Both the position numbers and the translations under genes were made by a program. This document shows positions 1 through 7,626 of a DNA stretch of 32,000 nucleotides, in pieces. The notes under the pieces were generated by a model. It saw nothing but the letters and a program-made list of their open reading frames with translations, was not told where the DNA came from and searched no databases. The stretch spans positions 1 to 32,000 of the forward strand of contig JAAYST010000021.1 of the NCBI GenBank assembly GCA_012518265.1, read 5' to 3'. This DNA comes from Candidatus Methanofrustulum fimipullorum. GTDB taxonomy: Archaea; Halobacteriota; Methanosarcinia; Methanosarcinales; Methanosarcinaceae. How positions within the stretch are numbered: the first letter of the stretch is position 1; the number at the start of each line of letters is the position of its first letter.

Positions 1-256
1 AAACTTGAAAAACCTAAAAAAACAAAAAAAACGGAAAATCAGGGAAAACAATAAACTTGAAAAACCCGAAAAAACAATAAACCAGGAAAATACGGAAAAC
101 GATAAATTCGAAAAAACTAATGAAATCGATAAAACAGATAATAAATCTAATAAATCTAATAAAAACGTGTGACGGAAATATAATAAAGCTATTCTGAAAA
201 ACTGAATGACAGAAAGCAGATTAAGAAATATTTAAATATGAGATATGTATAGATTA

Positions 257-287
257 TGAAATAATTCGCTAATACGAAATTATTTCA
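257..287. repeat. Imperfect inverted repeat (12-bp stem, one bulged A, 6-nt loop) about 145-175 nt upstream of feoA
   Basis: Read directly: TGAAATAATTCG-ctaata-CGAAATTATTTCA. The arms are complementary except for one extra A in the right arm. Confidence 0.6.
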
Positions 288-360
288 ACTATCAGACCTA
301 AATATTAAAAATATGTTTCTTAAACGGTTTTTTGAGATGTTTTTTGGATTTTTATTATTT

Positions 361-412
361 ATTAGTTTTGTCTGAATTTCATTAGTTTTTTGTTTGAATT
401 TTATTAGTTTTA
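361..412 (+). repeat. About 2.5 tandem copies of a 20-22 bp unit (ATTAGTTTT..GT.TGAATTT.) immediately upstream of feoA
   Basis: attagttttgtctgaatttc (361-380), attagttttttgtttgaatttt (381-402), attagtttta (403-412). The array ends 18 nt before the feoA ATG, just ahead of the SD-like GAAAGGA. Confidence 0.8.
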
Positions 413-430
413 AAGGGGTTTGAAAGGATT

Positions 431-655
431 ATGAAGAGAACTGTAGCCGATTTAAAAATCGGGGAGTCGGGAATAATCGATGAAATATTAGGGGAATCAG
501 AATATGTAAATCGATTATTGGAGATGGGATTTACGAAAGGAACGCCTGTAAAGCTTAATAAGAAAGCGCCGTTTGGGGATCCGTTGGGACTGCAAGTTCG
601 GGACTACGTTTTAGCAATACGAAAATCATCGGCATCGCATATATACATAAAATGA
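431..655 (+). CDS. feoA: FeoA family ferrous iron transport protein
   Basis: 74-aa ORF with the small FeoA-domain pattern (LKIGESGIIDEI...LLEMGFTKGTPVKL...GDPLGLQVRDYVLAIRK). GAAAGGA lies upstream of the ATG and feoB follows directly. Confidence 0.85.
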   Translation: MKRTVADLKIGESGIIDEILGESEYVNRLLEMGFTKGTPVKLNKKAPFGDPLGLQVRDYVLAIRKSSASHIYIK

Positions 656-676
656 AGACGATGAAGATGGTTTTCT

Positions 677-2713
677 ATGGTTTGCGAAGACGAAAAAATG
701 ATAAAAACGAAAACGAATGAAAACGTAAAAAGGCGCGAAATAGCGCTTATAGGAAATCCGAATGCAGGAAAAACAACGTTGTTCAACAGATTGACCGAAT
801 CTCATCAAAGAGTCGGAAACTGGCCAGGTGTGACTGTTGAAAAAAAGACGGGGTATTGTCCGTTTACTCAAAAAGAAATAAAACTTGAGATTACGGATTT
901 GCCCGGGATTTATTCAATTGAACCCAGGTCGGTTGAAGAAAAAATCGCATACAATCACCTTGTAAACGAAACTCCCGATTTGGTAGTCAATATAGTTGAT
1001 GCGACAAATTTAGAAAGAAATCTTTATTTGACGCTTCAGCTAAAAGCACTTAATATACCGATAATCGTTGCGTTGAACATTATGGACGAGGTGGAAAAAA
1101 ACGGTGACAAAATAGACGTTCAAAAGCTTTCCGAAATGCTCGGAATGAAAGTTGTTCCGATTTCAGCTGCAACCGGAAGCGACTATTTGTCAAAAATAAA
1201 AAGGCGATTTAAAAAAGATGTAGAAGACGGCGGAATCGGAGATTTAACGAATGAAATAATAAAAGAAACATGCAACGAGAGCAGCTGTGAAAACTGTTGT
1301 GAAAACTACAATGAAAACTGTTGTGAAAACTACAGTAAAAATTCTAGTGAAAGTTGCTGTTGTCCTGCTACAGAAATTAAGAATGAGAGTGAAGAAATTA
1401 CAGTAACTACCGACATGACGCCTCATGAAATGTACGGTTTGATTGAAAAAGTTACGAAACGATGTATAATAAAAGGTGAAAACAAAAACTTAAAAAGGTC
1501 TTATAAAATTGACAAATTGCTTACAAACAAATGGCTCGGAATTCCGATATTTTTGTTGATAATGTTTTTAGTATTCCAAATTTCATTTGGAAGTTTCGGA
1601 TCCGCATTTACAGAAATTATTGAGACATTTATGGGAGAAACACTGCCCGGATACGTTGAAATATGGTTTTCAAAAGCAAATGCGCCTGAATGGATGTTAT
1701 CACTCGTAAATGACGGAATTTTAGCCGGTGTCGGTGCTGTTTTGTCGTTTTTGCCTCAAATTGTATTGCTGTTTATATTCCTAACAATAATGGAAGACAC
1801 CGGATACATGGCAAGAGCTGCATTTATAATGGACAGATTGTTTGAAGCTGTCGGTCTTTCCGGAAAAAGTTTCATCCCGATGCTAATGGGTTTTGGATGT
1901 ACGGTCCCTGCCGTGATGGCGGCAAGAACGCTTGAAGACGAAAATGACAGGAAAGTAACTATCATAATAACGCCGTTTATGTCGTGCAGTGCAAAACTTC
2001 CGATATATGTGCTTTTTGTCGGAGCGTTTTTTGCTTCGCAAAAAATCGATATATTAGGATATACGATACAAACCGGCGGAATCGTTATGACGGGAATATA
2101 TGTGCTTGGAGTAATTGTTGCAATATTATCTGCATTGTTACTCAAAAAAACGATATTGAAAGGCGAAAACACACCGTTTATAATGGAACTTCCGCCTTAC
2201 AGAATACCGAAACTTACATCAACACTTATGCATGTTTGGAAAAAAGTATCAGGATTCATTATACGTGCAGGAACCGTTATATTTGCAATGTCGATTCTTA
2301 TATGGTTTATCCAGACATACGATTTCAGCTTAACGATTGTAGAAGACAGCGCAACGAGCATACTTGGCACAATTGGACACGCAATTGCACCCGTATTTGA
2401 ACCGTTGGGATTTGGAAACTGGAGAGCTACAGTCTCACTTTTAACCGGATTCGTTGCAAAAGAAGCAGTTGTTGCAACAATAGAGATACTCTATACGCCA
2501 GCCGATTTTGAAGCAATGTTCACACCGCTTACGGCACTTTCGTTTATGGTATTTACCCTACTTTACCTTCCGTGCCTTGCGTCACTTGCAACAATGAAAC
2601 AGGAACTCAACAGTTGGAAATGGATACTGTTTTCACTCGTATATCAAACAAGTGTTGCATACATTGCAGCATTTCTTGTATACAGATTCGGATTGTTGCT
2701 CGGATATACTTGA
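677..2713 (+). CDS. feoB: Ferrous iron transporter FeoB (N-terminal GTPase plus polytopic membrane domain) with an unusual Cys-rich insertion
   Basis: G1 GNPNAGKT, G3 DLPG, G4 NIMD, followed by many hydrophobic helices typical of the FeoB core. The start may be ATG 677 or ATG 698; neither has a strong SD. Confidence 0.95.
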   Translation: MVCEDEKMIKTKTNENVKRREIALIGNPNAGKTTLFNRLTESHQRVGNWPGVTVEKKTGYCPFTQKEIKLEITDLPGIYSIEPRSVEEKIAYNHLVNETPDLVVNIVDATNLERNLYLTLQLKALNIPIIVALNIMDEVEKNGDKIDVQKLSEMLGMKVVPISAATGSDYLSKIKRRFKKDVEDGGIGDLTNEIIKETCNESSCENCCENYNENCCENYSKNSSESCCCPATEIKNESEEITVTTDMTPHEMYGLIEKVTKRCIIKGENKNLKRSYKIDKLLTNKWLGIPIFLLIMFLVFQISFGSFGSAFTEIIETFMGETLPGYVEIWFSKANAPEWMLSLVNDGILAGVGAVLSFLPQIVLLFIFLTIMEDTGYMARAAFIMDRLFEAVGLSGKSFIPMLMGFGCTVPAVMAARTLEDENDRKVTIIITPFMSCSAKLPIYVLFVGAFFASQKIDILGYTIQTGGIVMTGIYVLGVIVAILSALLLKKTILKGENTPFIMELPPYRIPKLTSTLMHVWKKVSGFIIRAGTVIFAMSILIWFIQTYDFSLTIVEDSATSILGTIGHAIAPVFEPLGFGNWRATVSLLTGFVAKEAVVATIEILYTPADFEAMFTPLTALSFMVFTLLYLPCLASLATMKQELNSWKWILFSLVYQTSVAYIAAFLVYRFGLLLGYT

Positions 2714-2778
2714 AAAAAGGCAGCGATAAAGAATATAAAAAAACAAATATAAACAAATATAAACAAATATGTGAGAAC

Positions 2779-2982
2779 ATGGAACCGATACAAATTATTA
2801 CATACATAATCGTATACGGATTAATTATATTGGCCGCTTTGTATTTTGCATCAAGATTATATAATATTTTTATAAAAAAAGAATACGGATGCAGTTCGTG
2901 TGAAAATTGTAACGGTTGCGGTCAAATGATAAATCTTGAAAACAGCGAAACGATAAATCTTGAAAAAAACGAAAAATCTTGA
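2779..2982 (+). CDS. FeoB-associated Cys-rich small membrane protein
   Basis: ATG at 2779 lies inside the longer 2572..2982 track ORF. The product is 67 aa: one N-terminal TM helix (IITYIIVYGLIILAALYFA) followed by GCSSCENCNGCG. Architecture and position right after feoB match the FeoB-associated Cys-rich membrane protein family. Confidence 0.7.
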   Translation: MEPIQIITYIIVYGLIILAALYFASRLYNIFIKKEYGCSSCENCNGCGQMINLENSETINLEKNEKS

Positions 2983-3152
2983 AAAGGATAAAAAAAATAA
3001 AATCAATCACGTTGAACGATTGTCCTTCGGGACACGCTCAAAACATATAAAAAAAGTAAAAGAAAAACGAATAAAACCAAAAAACTCCAAACAAAACGAA
3101 CAAAAACCAAAAAAAGAAAAGATATTCTCTGCAATTGCCGAGATATCATCTG

Positions 3153-3207
3153 AAAAAAAGTACCGACCGAATTTTTTCGGTCGGTACACCCCTCTATTTT
3201 CGTTTTT
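3153..3207. terminator. Bidirectional terminator-like hairpin between the feo operon (+) and the 161-aa gene (-)
   Basis: Perfect 12-bp stem GTACCGACCGAA (3160-3171) / TTCGGTCGGTAC (3176-3187) with a 4-nt loop. It is preceded by A7 and followed by T-runs, so both strands read hairpin plus oligo-T. Confidence 0.6.
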
Positions 3208-3402
3208 AAAAAATAACTGCTTTTATGACTAACGTGTTTAGTATTTAGTTTCGTTTTTGTGATTTAAATAATAAAAATCGTAATAAAACGATATTTATTT
3301 CAGCAGTATTACAAAAAATATTGTAATGAGTTATAATATTACAATGTATTATATTAATTTTATGTTGATTTTATACTAATCTATGCTGATTTCGTGATGA
3401 AT

Positions 3403-3888
3403 TTAAGCCCACGGATCTTCATCTGCCGGCTTTCTGACACCTGCAACTATTGCAGAGTAATCCCAAATGTACCAAACATCTCCTTTTTGTCGAACGGCAA
3501 TTTTACGAGGACTGTCGGCTCCTGCATTTTTTACAAAAATGTTTGCAATTCCGGGTTGTTCGTACATTTTGTTTCTTTCCAAATCAACTACATAAGGTTC
3601 GTTCGGCGTATAGTTGTTTTCCGGTTTTGCACCGAGGAAATATGAACGAATTAAATATGATTTGTCCGAAAATCGATCTCTTAAAAAAGATATTTGATGA
3701 TTGCTTACAGGCTGCTTAGGATTGTGAATTATATTAAGCATGTTGATTCCTCTTTCTTTGTCTTCAATAAAGTTTTGAAGAGCAATGAAAAGAAGAGCTG
3801 CGGCCGTTTCCGGTTTTTTATTCATTTGTTCTGCCATTTTACGAAACGTTTCTTCGTCTCTTGCAAACGGGCCGAGTGTTACTTTCAT
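3403..3888 (-). CDS. Hypothetical protein (161 aa, soluble, no motif I can name)
   Basis: Clean ORF starting at ATG, with non-low-complexity composition and AT-rich intergenic DNA on both sides. All overlapping plus-strand ORFs look like shadows. Confidence 0.7.
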   Translation of the reverse strand: MKVTLGPFARDEETFRKMAEQMNKKPETAAALLFIALQNFIEDKERGINMLNIIHNPKQPVSNHQISFLRDRFSDKSYLIRSYFLGAKPENNYTPNEPYVVDLERNKMYEQPGIANIFVKNAGADSPRKIAVRQKGDVWYIWDYSAIVAGVRKPADEDPWA

Positions 3889-4039
3889 GAAAATACCTCA
3901 ATTATTTATAAAGAGTATCAATTCGTTCAATTGTTGTAATAAAAAACAATTGTATAAAATTAATACAATATTATGATATGTAATAATATATTAAAATATT
4001 TCGAAAGATAAACGGATATTTGAGAAATATTTGTTAATT

Positions 4040-4168
4040 TTATTGTTTTTTTATTGCTTTTTTTTATTTATTGTTTTTTATTTATTGTTATTTATTTATT
4101 GTTATTTATTTATTGTTTATTATTTATTATTTTTTATTTATTGATTTTTATTTGTTGATTTTTATTTA
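4040..4168. repeat. Degenerate AT-rich tandem repeat (TTATTTATTGTT-like units) directly downstream of the alaS stop
   Basis: Read directly: ...tttatttattgttttttatttattgttatttatttattgttatttatttattgtttattatttatt... Confidence 0.75.
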
Positions 4169-6937
4169 TTATTCATTTGCCATTCTTTTAACCAGTTCGA
4201 TACCGGCTTCTTTTGCATCGTTTATTTTAGATACGTCGGGTCCGCCGCCGAGTGCCAAATCGGGCTTTCCGCCCCCTCCGCCTCCTACGATTTTGGACAT
4301 TTCCCGTACCAAATCGCCGGCTTTAATTCCTCTTTCAATTGCCAATTTTCCGCATGATGCGACTATTTTTACGCCGTTGTCTTCTCCTAAGAGAATTGAA
4401 ACGGAATTTTCATATTTCAAACATTCGACTGCCATTTTTCTCAGTTCGTCCGCAGAGTATTTACCGACATCGGTTATAATTTTTATGCCGTTTACTACTT
4501 CGCCGCTTTCTATCATTTGATCGATTTTTAATTCCGCCAAAATGTCTTTAAGATGACTGTTTTCCTTGTTGAGTTCTTTCCATTCTCTAAAAAAGCGGTC
4601 AACTGTTTCAGGAAGCTTTTCTTTTGTAACACTTAAAATATCGGAAGATTCCGCCAACAAACGTTCCGTGTGCTGAACTGCACGAATTGCAGCATCACCC
4701 GCTGCATATTCAAATCTGACAACACCGTCTTGAATTCTCTCGCAGCCGAGGATTTTTATCATTCCGACATCGCCTGTGTAGCTACAGTGAGTGCCCCCGC
4801 AAGCTTCAATATCGGTTCCCACTTTAACGATTCTCAAATCGGAATCTTTCGGAACTCCGCCTTGGTAGAGTTCAAAACCGTAAGTTTGCTCAGCCGTTGT
4901 TCTATCAAGCACTTCAAAACCCAACTTTTTGTTAGACATTACGATTTTGTTTGCAATAAGTTCGATTTCATTGAGTTCTTCTTGAGTTACGTGTTTAAAA
5001 TGAGATACGTCAAGGCGTGCTCTTTCTTCAGTTTTTTGAGCACCTGCTTGCCAAATATGGTTTCCTAAAACGCGTTTTGCGGCGTCGTTTATTATGTGAG
5101 TTGCAGTATGATGTCTCGTTAACGCATCTCTTCTTGCTTTATTTACGACTCCGGAAACCAAATCGCCTTTATTTATAGGAACACCGTATTTTTCGGAATC
5201 TACTTCGTGTACGATTACTCCGTTGTGAATTTGAACGTCAGAGACGTTATAAGTATAATTTCCTATTGTCAAGGTTCCGTGATCTGCTTCTTGTCCTCCG
5301 CTTTCCGGATAGAAAAATGTGGAATCCAAAACAACCAAATTGTCAAATACATCGAGTACGACCGCTTCAAAATCCATTCTTTCAGGCTCTGCATAATACA
5401 TTTTTTTAGTTGCGGGCAGATGGAGAATTTTATCTTCATATTTGAAACCTTCCGTTTCTTTTTCTTCGGCCTCGCTGTGCATTTCGGCAACAAGAGAATA
5501 GAAATTGTCGGGAAGATCGACAGCAACACCCGCTTTTTCCGCAATGTCTTTTGTAATTTCCGGAGTAATTCCGTGACTGTCATAAAGTTCCAACAATTCT
5601 TCTTGGGGAATCGGGCCTTTGCCTGCGTATTTTTTAGCGGACCTTTCAACAATGCGTGCGCCTTTTTCCATCGTTTTTCCGTACTTATCTTCTTCCGATG
5701 CCAATATCTCTTCAATCGTATGGAAATTTTCGGCAAATTCGGGATATTCGGGCATATTTTTAATATGAAGCGCAACCAATTCGGATAAAGGAACGTTTAC
5801 ATTCAAATCGTTTAAAAGACGAAGCGTTCTTCTTAAAACGAGTCGGGCCAAGTATCCTGCTTTTACGTTTGAAGGAATAATTCCGTCACCAAGCATAAAC
5901 GTAAGACAACGTGTGTGATCGGCAATTGCATAAATCTTTTCCATCGGCTCCATTATTTTTGTAAGCTCATCTACGTCTTTTCCTATGCTTTCTGCAACTT
6001 GTTTTCTTAGTGCGTAAATATTCGCAGATCCGCTTACATCCATTAAACCTGAAAACTTTGCATTTTGTGCAAAAATTTCACGATATTCCGGGTCTGAAAT
6101 ATGGTGGTCGATTCCTGCAATATTTGTAAGTTCTTCAATTATTGACGGAAAAATCGCATCGTATATCGTGGGAGTACCTTGGGACGCCCAAACGAATCTT
6201 TCAAGACCGTAGCCTGTGTCGACTATATACGTTTCCATTTTATCGTAGAGTTTTCCGTTTACGTTAACGGAGCCTGTTTTAGTCTCTTTTAAATTCATGA
6301 AAACGAGTGTTGCAAGTTCGAGTCCGCCGACCATAACTTCAACGGAAGCGCCGGCATTTCCGCCACCGGCCCAAGGGTTTTGAATATAAGTTACATCCTT
6401 CTCATCAACACCGAGACTTTTTAAAAGCTCGTCACACAAACGAACAGTTTCGTCTTTCCAATAGTATTCCCGTTTGGAATTATTAAACACATGGTGTGCC
6501 ATCATTTCAAAAGTCGTCAAATGGCGACCGGTTCGTCCGACGGAATCCAAATCGTTTAAACGAATACAAGGCTGCGAAATCGTAAGAGGATTTGCAGGAG
6601 GTGCTACTCTTCCGGATGTCACATAAGGCTGAAAATCAGCAATGGACGCAATTGTCAAATATATATCGTCGCGCCATCTTGCTGCAACCGGATATCTATG
6701 TACCGGGGTGTGGCCTCTTTGTTCAAAGAAATCCAAATAGTAAGAACGCATTTCCGGAACTGTGAATTCCCGGTCGAATTTGGGACTTCCGATAAATGTG
6801 TAAGGATCACACGGCGCATCGCCGCACGTAGTTCTGTCGGGGTCTTTCGTCAGAAATATATTTCCGCACTCCGAGCATGTTTTTTTAATATAGCCGTTTT
6901 CATCAAAATAAGATATATTATATTCATCTTCAAGCAT
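4169..6937 (-). CDS. alaS: Alanine--tRNA ligase (archaeal type)
   Basis: About 920 aa. Archaeal-style N-terminus with Cys pairs (CSECGN...CGDAPC), editing-domain motifs HHTATHIIN and CGGTHC, and a C-terminal GGGGGGKPD (DHHA1-like) block. I prefer ATG 6937, which has GGTG 6 nt upstream, over the track's GTG at 6946. Confidence 0.95.
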   Translation of the reverse strand: MLEDEYNISYFDENGYIKKTCSECGNIFLTKDPDRTTCGDAPCDPYTFIGSPKFDREFTVPEMRSYYLDFFEQRGHTPVHRYPVAARWRDDIYLTIASIADFQPYVTSGRVAPPANPLTISQPCIRLNDLDSVGRTGRHLTTFEMMAHHVFNNSKREYYWKDETVRLCDELLKSLGVDEKDVTYIQNPWAGGGNAGASVEVMVGGLELATLVFMNLKETKTGSVNVNGKLYDKMETYIVDTGYGLERFVWASQGTPTIYDAIFPSIIEELTNIAGIDHHISDPEYREIFAQNAKFSGLMDVSGSANIYALRKQVAESIGKDVDELTKIMEPMEKIYAIADHTRCLTFMLGDGIIPSNVKAGYLARLVLRRTLRLLNDLNVNVPLSELVALHIKNMPEYPEFAENFHTIEEILASEEDKYGKTMEKGARIVERSAKKYAGKGPIPQEELLELYDSHGITPEITKDIAEKAGVAVDLPDNFYSLVAEMHSEAEEKETEGFKYEDKILHLPATKKMYYAEPERMDFEAVVLDVFDNLVVLDSTFFYPESGGQEADHGTLTIGNYTYNVSDVQIHNGVIVHEVDSEKYGVPINKGDLVSGVVNKARRDALTRHHTATHIINDAAKRVLGNHIWQAGAQKTEERARLDVSHFKHVTQEELNEIELIANKIVMSNKKLGFEVLDRTTAEQTYGFELYQGGVPKDSDLRIVKVGTDIEACGGTHCSYTGDVGMIKILGCERIQDGVVRFEYAAGDAAIRAVQHTERLLAESSDILSVTKEKLPETVDRFFREWKELNKENSHLKDILAELKIDQMIESGEVVNGIKIITDVGKYSADELRKMAVECLKYENSVSILLGEDNGVKIVASCGKLAIERGIKAGDLVREMSKIVGGGGGGKPDLALGGGPDVSKINDAKEAGIELVKRMANE

Positions 6938-6964
6938 TACAAACACCGTAATTTTATTTTGTAT

Positions 6965-7240
6965 TTATTTTCTGTAAAAAGAAACAGTTCTGCCTCTGAT
7001 ATCTACAATAACGGAATCGGTCCGCTCAGCCAACAACGCAGCCGCTTCTTTAATGTCGTCCGATTCTTCCGCATTTTTCAAAATGCGCACCTTAACAAGT
7101 TTTTTCTCTTTAATTTGTTTTTTAAGCTCTTCAATTAAACTTTCTGTAATACCGCTTTTCCCGACATTTATAATCGGATCCAAATCGGCGGATAATTTTT
7201 TAAGTTCTATAAGCTTTTTCTTATCAGTTAACTCGGTCAT
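6965..7240 (-). CDS. YhbY/CRS1 (CRM domain) RNA-binding protein
   Basis: 91 aa with the pattern LDPIINVGKSGITESLIEELKKQIKEKKLVKVRIL...VIVDIRGRTVSFYR, typical of the YhbY family. It lies immediately upstream of alaS on the same strand. Confidence 0.85.
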   Translation of the reverse strand: MTELTDKKKLIELKKLSADLDPIINVGKSGITESLIEELKKQIKEKKLVKVRILKNAEESDDIKEAAALLAERTDSVIVDIRGRTVSFYRK

Positions 7241-7270
7241 AAATATTAACCCTTTTATATGCTGAATGAA

Positions 7271-7326
7271 AGTAATAAAGTAATAAAGTAATAAAGTAAT
7301 AAAGTAATTTAAAGTAATAAAGTAAA
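7271..7326. repeat. Octanucleotide microsatellite (AGTAATAA)n, 4 perfect plus 2-3 imperfect copies
   Basis: Read directly in the divergent yhbY / cdhC intergenic region. Confidence 0.85.
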
Positions 7327-7550
7327 AATAAAAATTATATTAAATTATATTGTATTTATATTGTATTATATTATCAGTATTTATTTGATTATATTTGTAT
7401 ATTAGATTTATATTATATGGGTTCCTTAAATAACGTACTTCAGTTTTCCGGTTTTTTAAAAATATTTTCTCATAAATTGTATACTATATGCAATACAGTT
7501 TTAAAAATGTTCGGATTGAAAAACTGAAAAATTATAAATCATTCGGAAAG

Positions 7551-7594
7551 TCAAAATATAAATTAAGAATTAAGAAACTCAAAATATAAATTAA
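7551..7594 (+). promoter_or_regulatory. Perfect 16-nt direct repeat TCAAAATATAAATTAA x2 (TATA-box-like core), candidate cdhC promoter
   Basis: Copies at 7551-7566 and 7579-7594. The AAATATAAAT core resembles an archaeal TATA box. The second copy is centred about 40 nt upstream of ATG 7627, which would fit a transcript with a short leader. Confidence 0.35.
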
Positions 7595-7626
7595 TATGAT
7601 TGTAATTTAAGCTTACGGTGATTCAT

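Noticed and set aside
1-172. Possible 3' end of a plus-strand CDS (frame 2, open from position 2 to TGA 170-172) encoding a K/N/E-rich tail
   Set aside because: The sequence is purely low-complexity and A-rich, like many intergenic spacers in this window. There is no start or recognisable domain in view, so I cannot support it as coding.
1244-2400. Track ORFs 1244..1426(-), 1756..2172(-) and 1984..2400(+) inside feoB
   Set aside because: These are shadow ORFs in alternative frames of a well-supported FeoB gene, with odd composition (Cys/Arg/Asn-rich or repeat mirror).
2960-3232. 90-aa lysine-rich ORF downstream of the feo genes
   Set aside because: It is low-complexity and A-rich, it overlaps the end of the small Cys-rich gene, and it runs straight through the 3160-3187 terminator hairpin. 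It is most likely non-coding.
4071-4520. 149-aa plus-strand ORF overlapping the alaS 3' end
   Set aside because: It starts in the AT-rich tandem repeat (poly-F/I/Y) and then mirrors the alaS GGGGGG-encoding region as poly-Pro. It is an antisense artefact.
4670-5788. Track ORFs 4670..5068(+), 5207..5788(+) and 5269..5775(-) within alaS
   Set aside because: These are alternative-frame or antisense ORFs inside a 920-aa conserved synthetase, with no independent signals.
7271-7326. Considered whether the short tandem arrays (7271-7326, 25299-25532, 26831-26896) could be CRISPR
   Set aside because: The units are contiguous with no unique spacers, the periods (8, 18 and 17 bp) are too short, one array is in-frame coding, and no cas genes are present.
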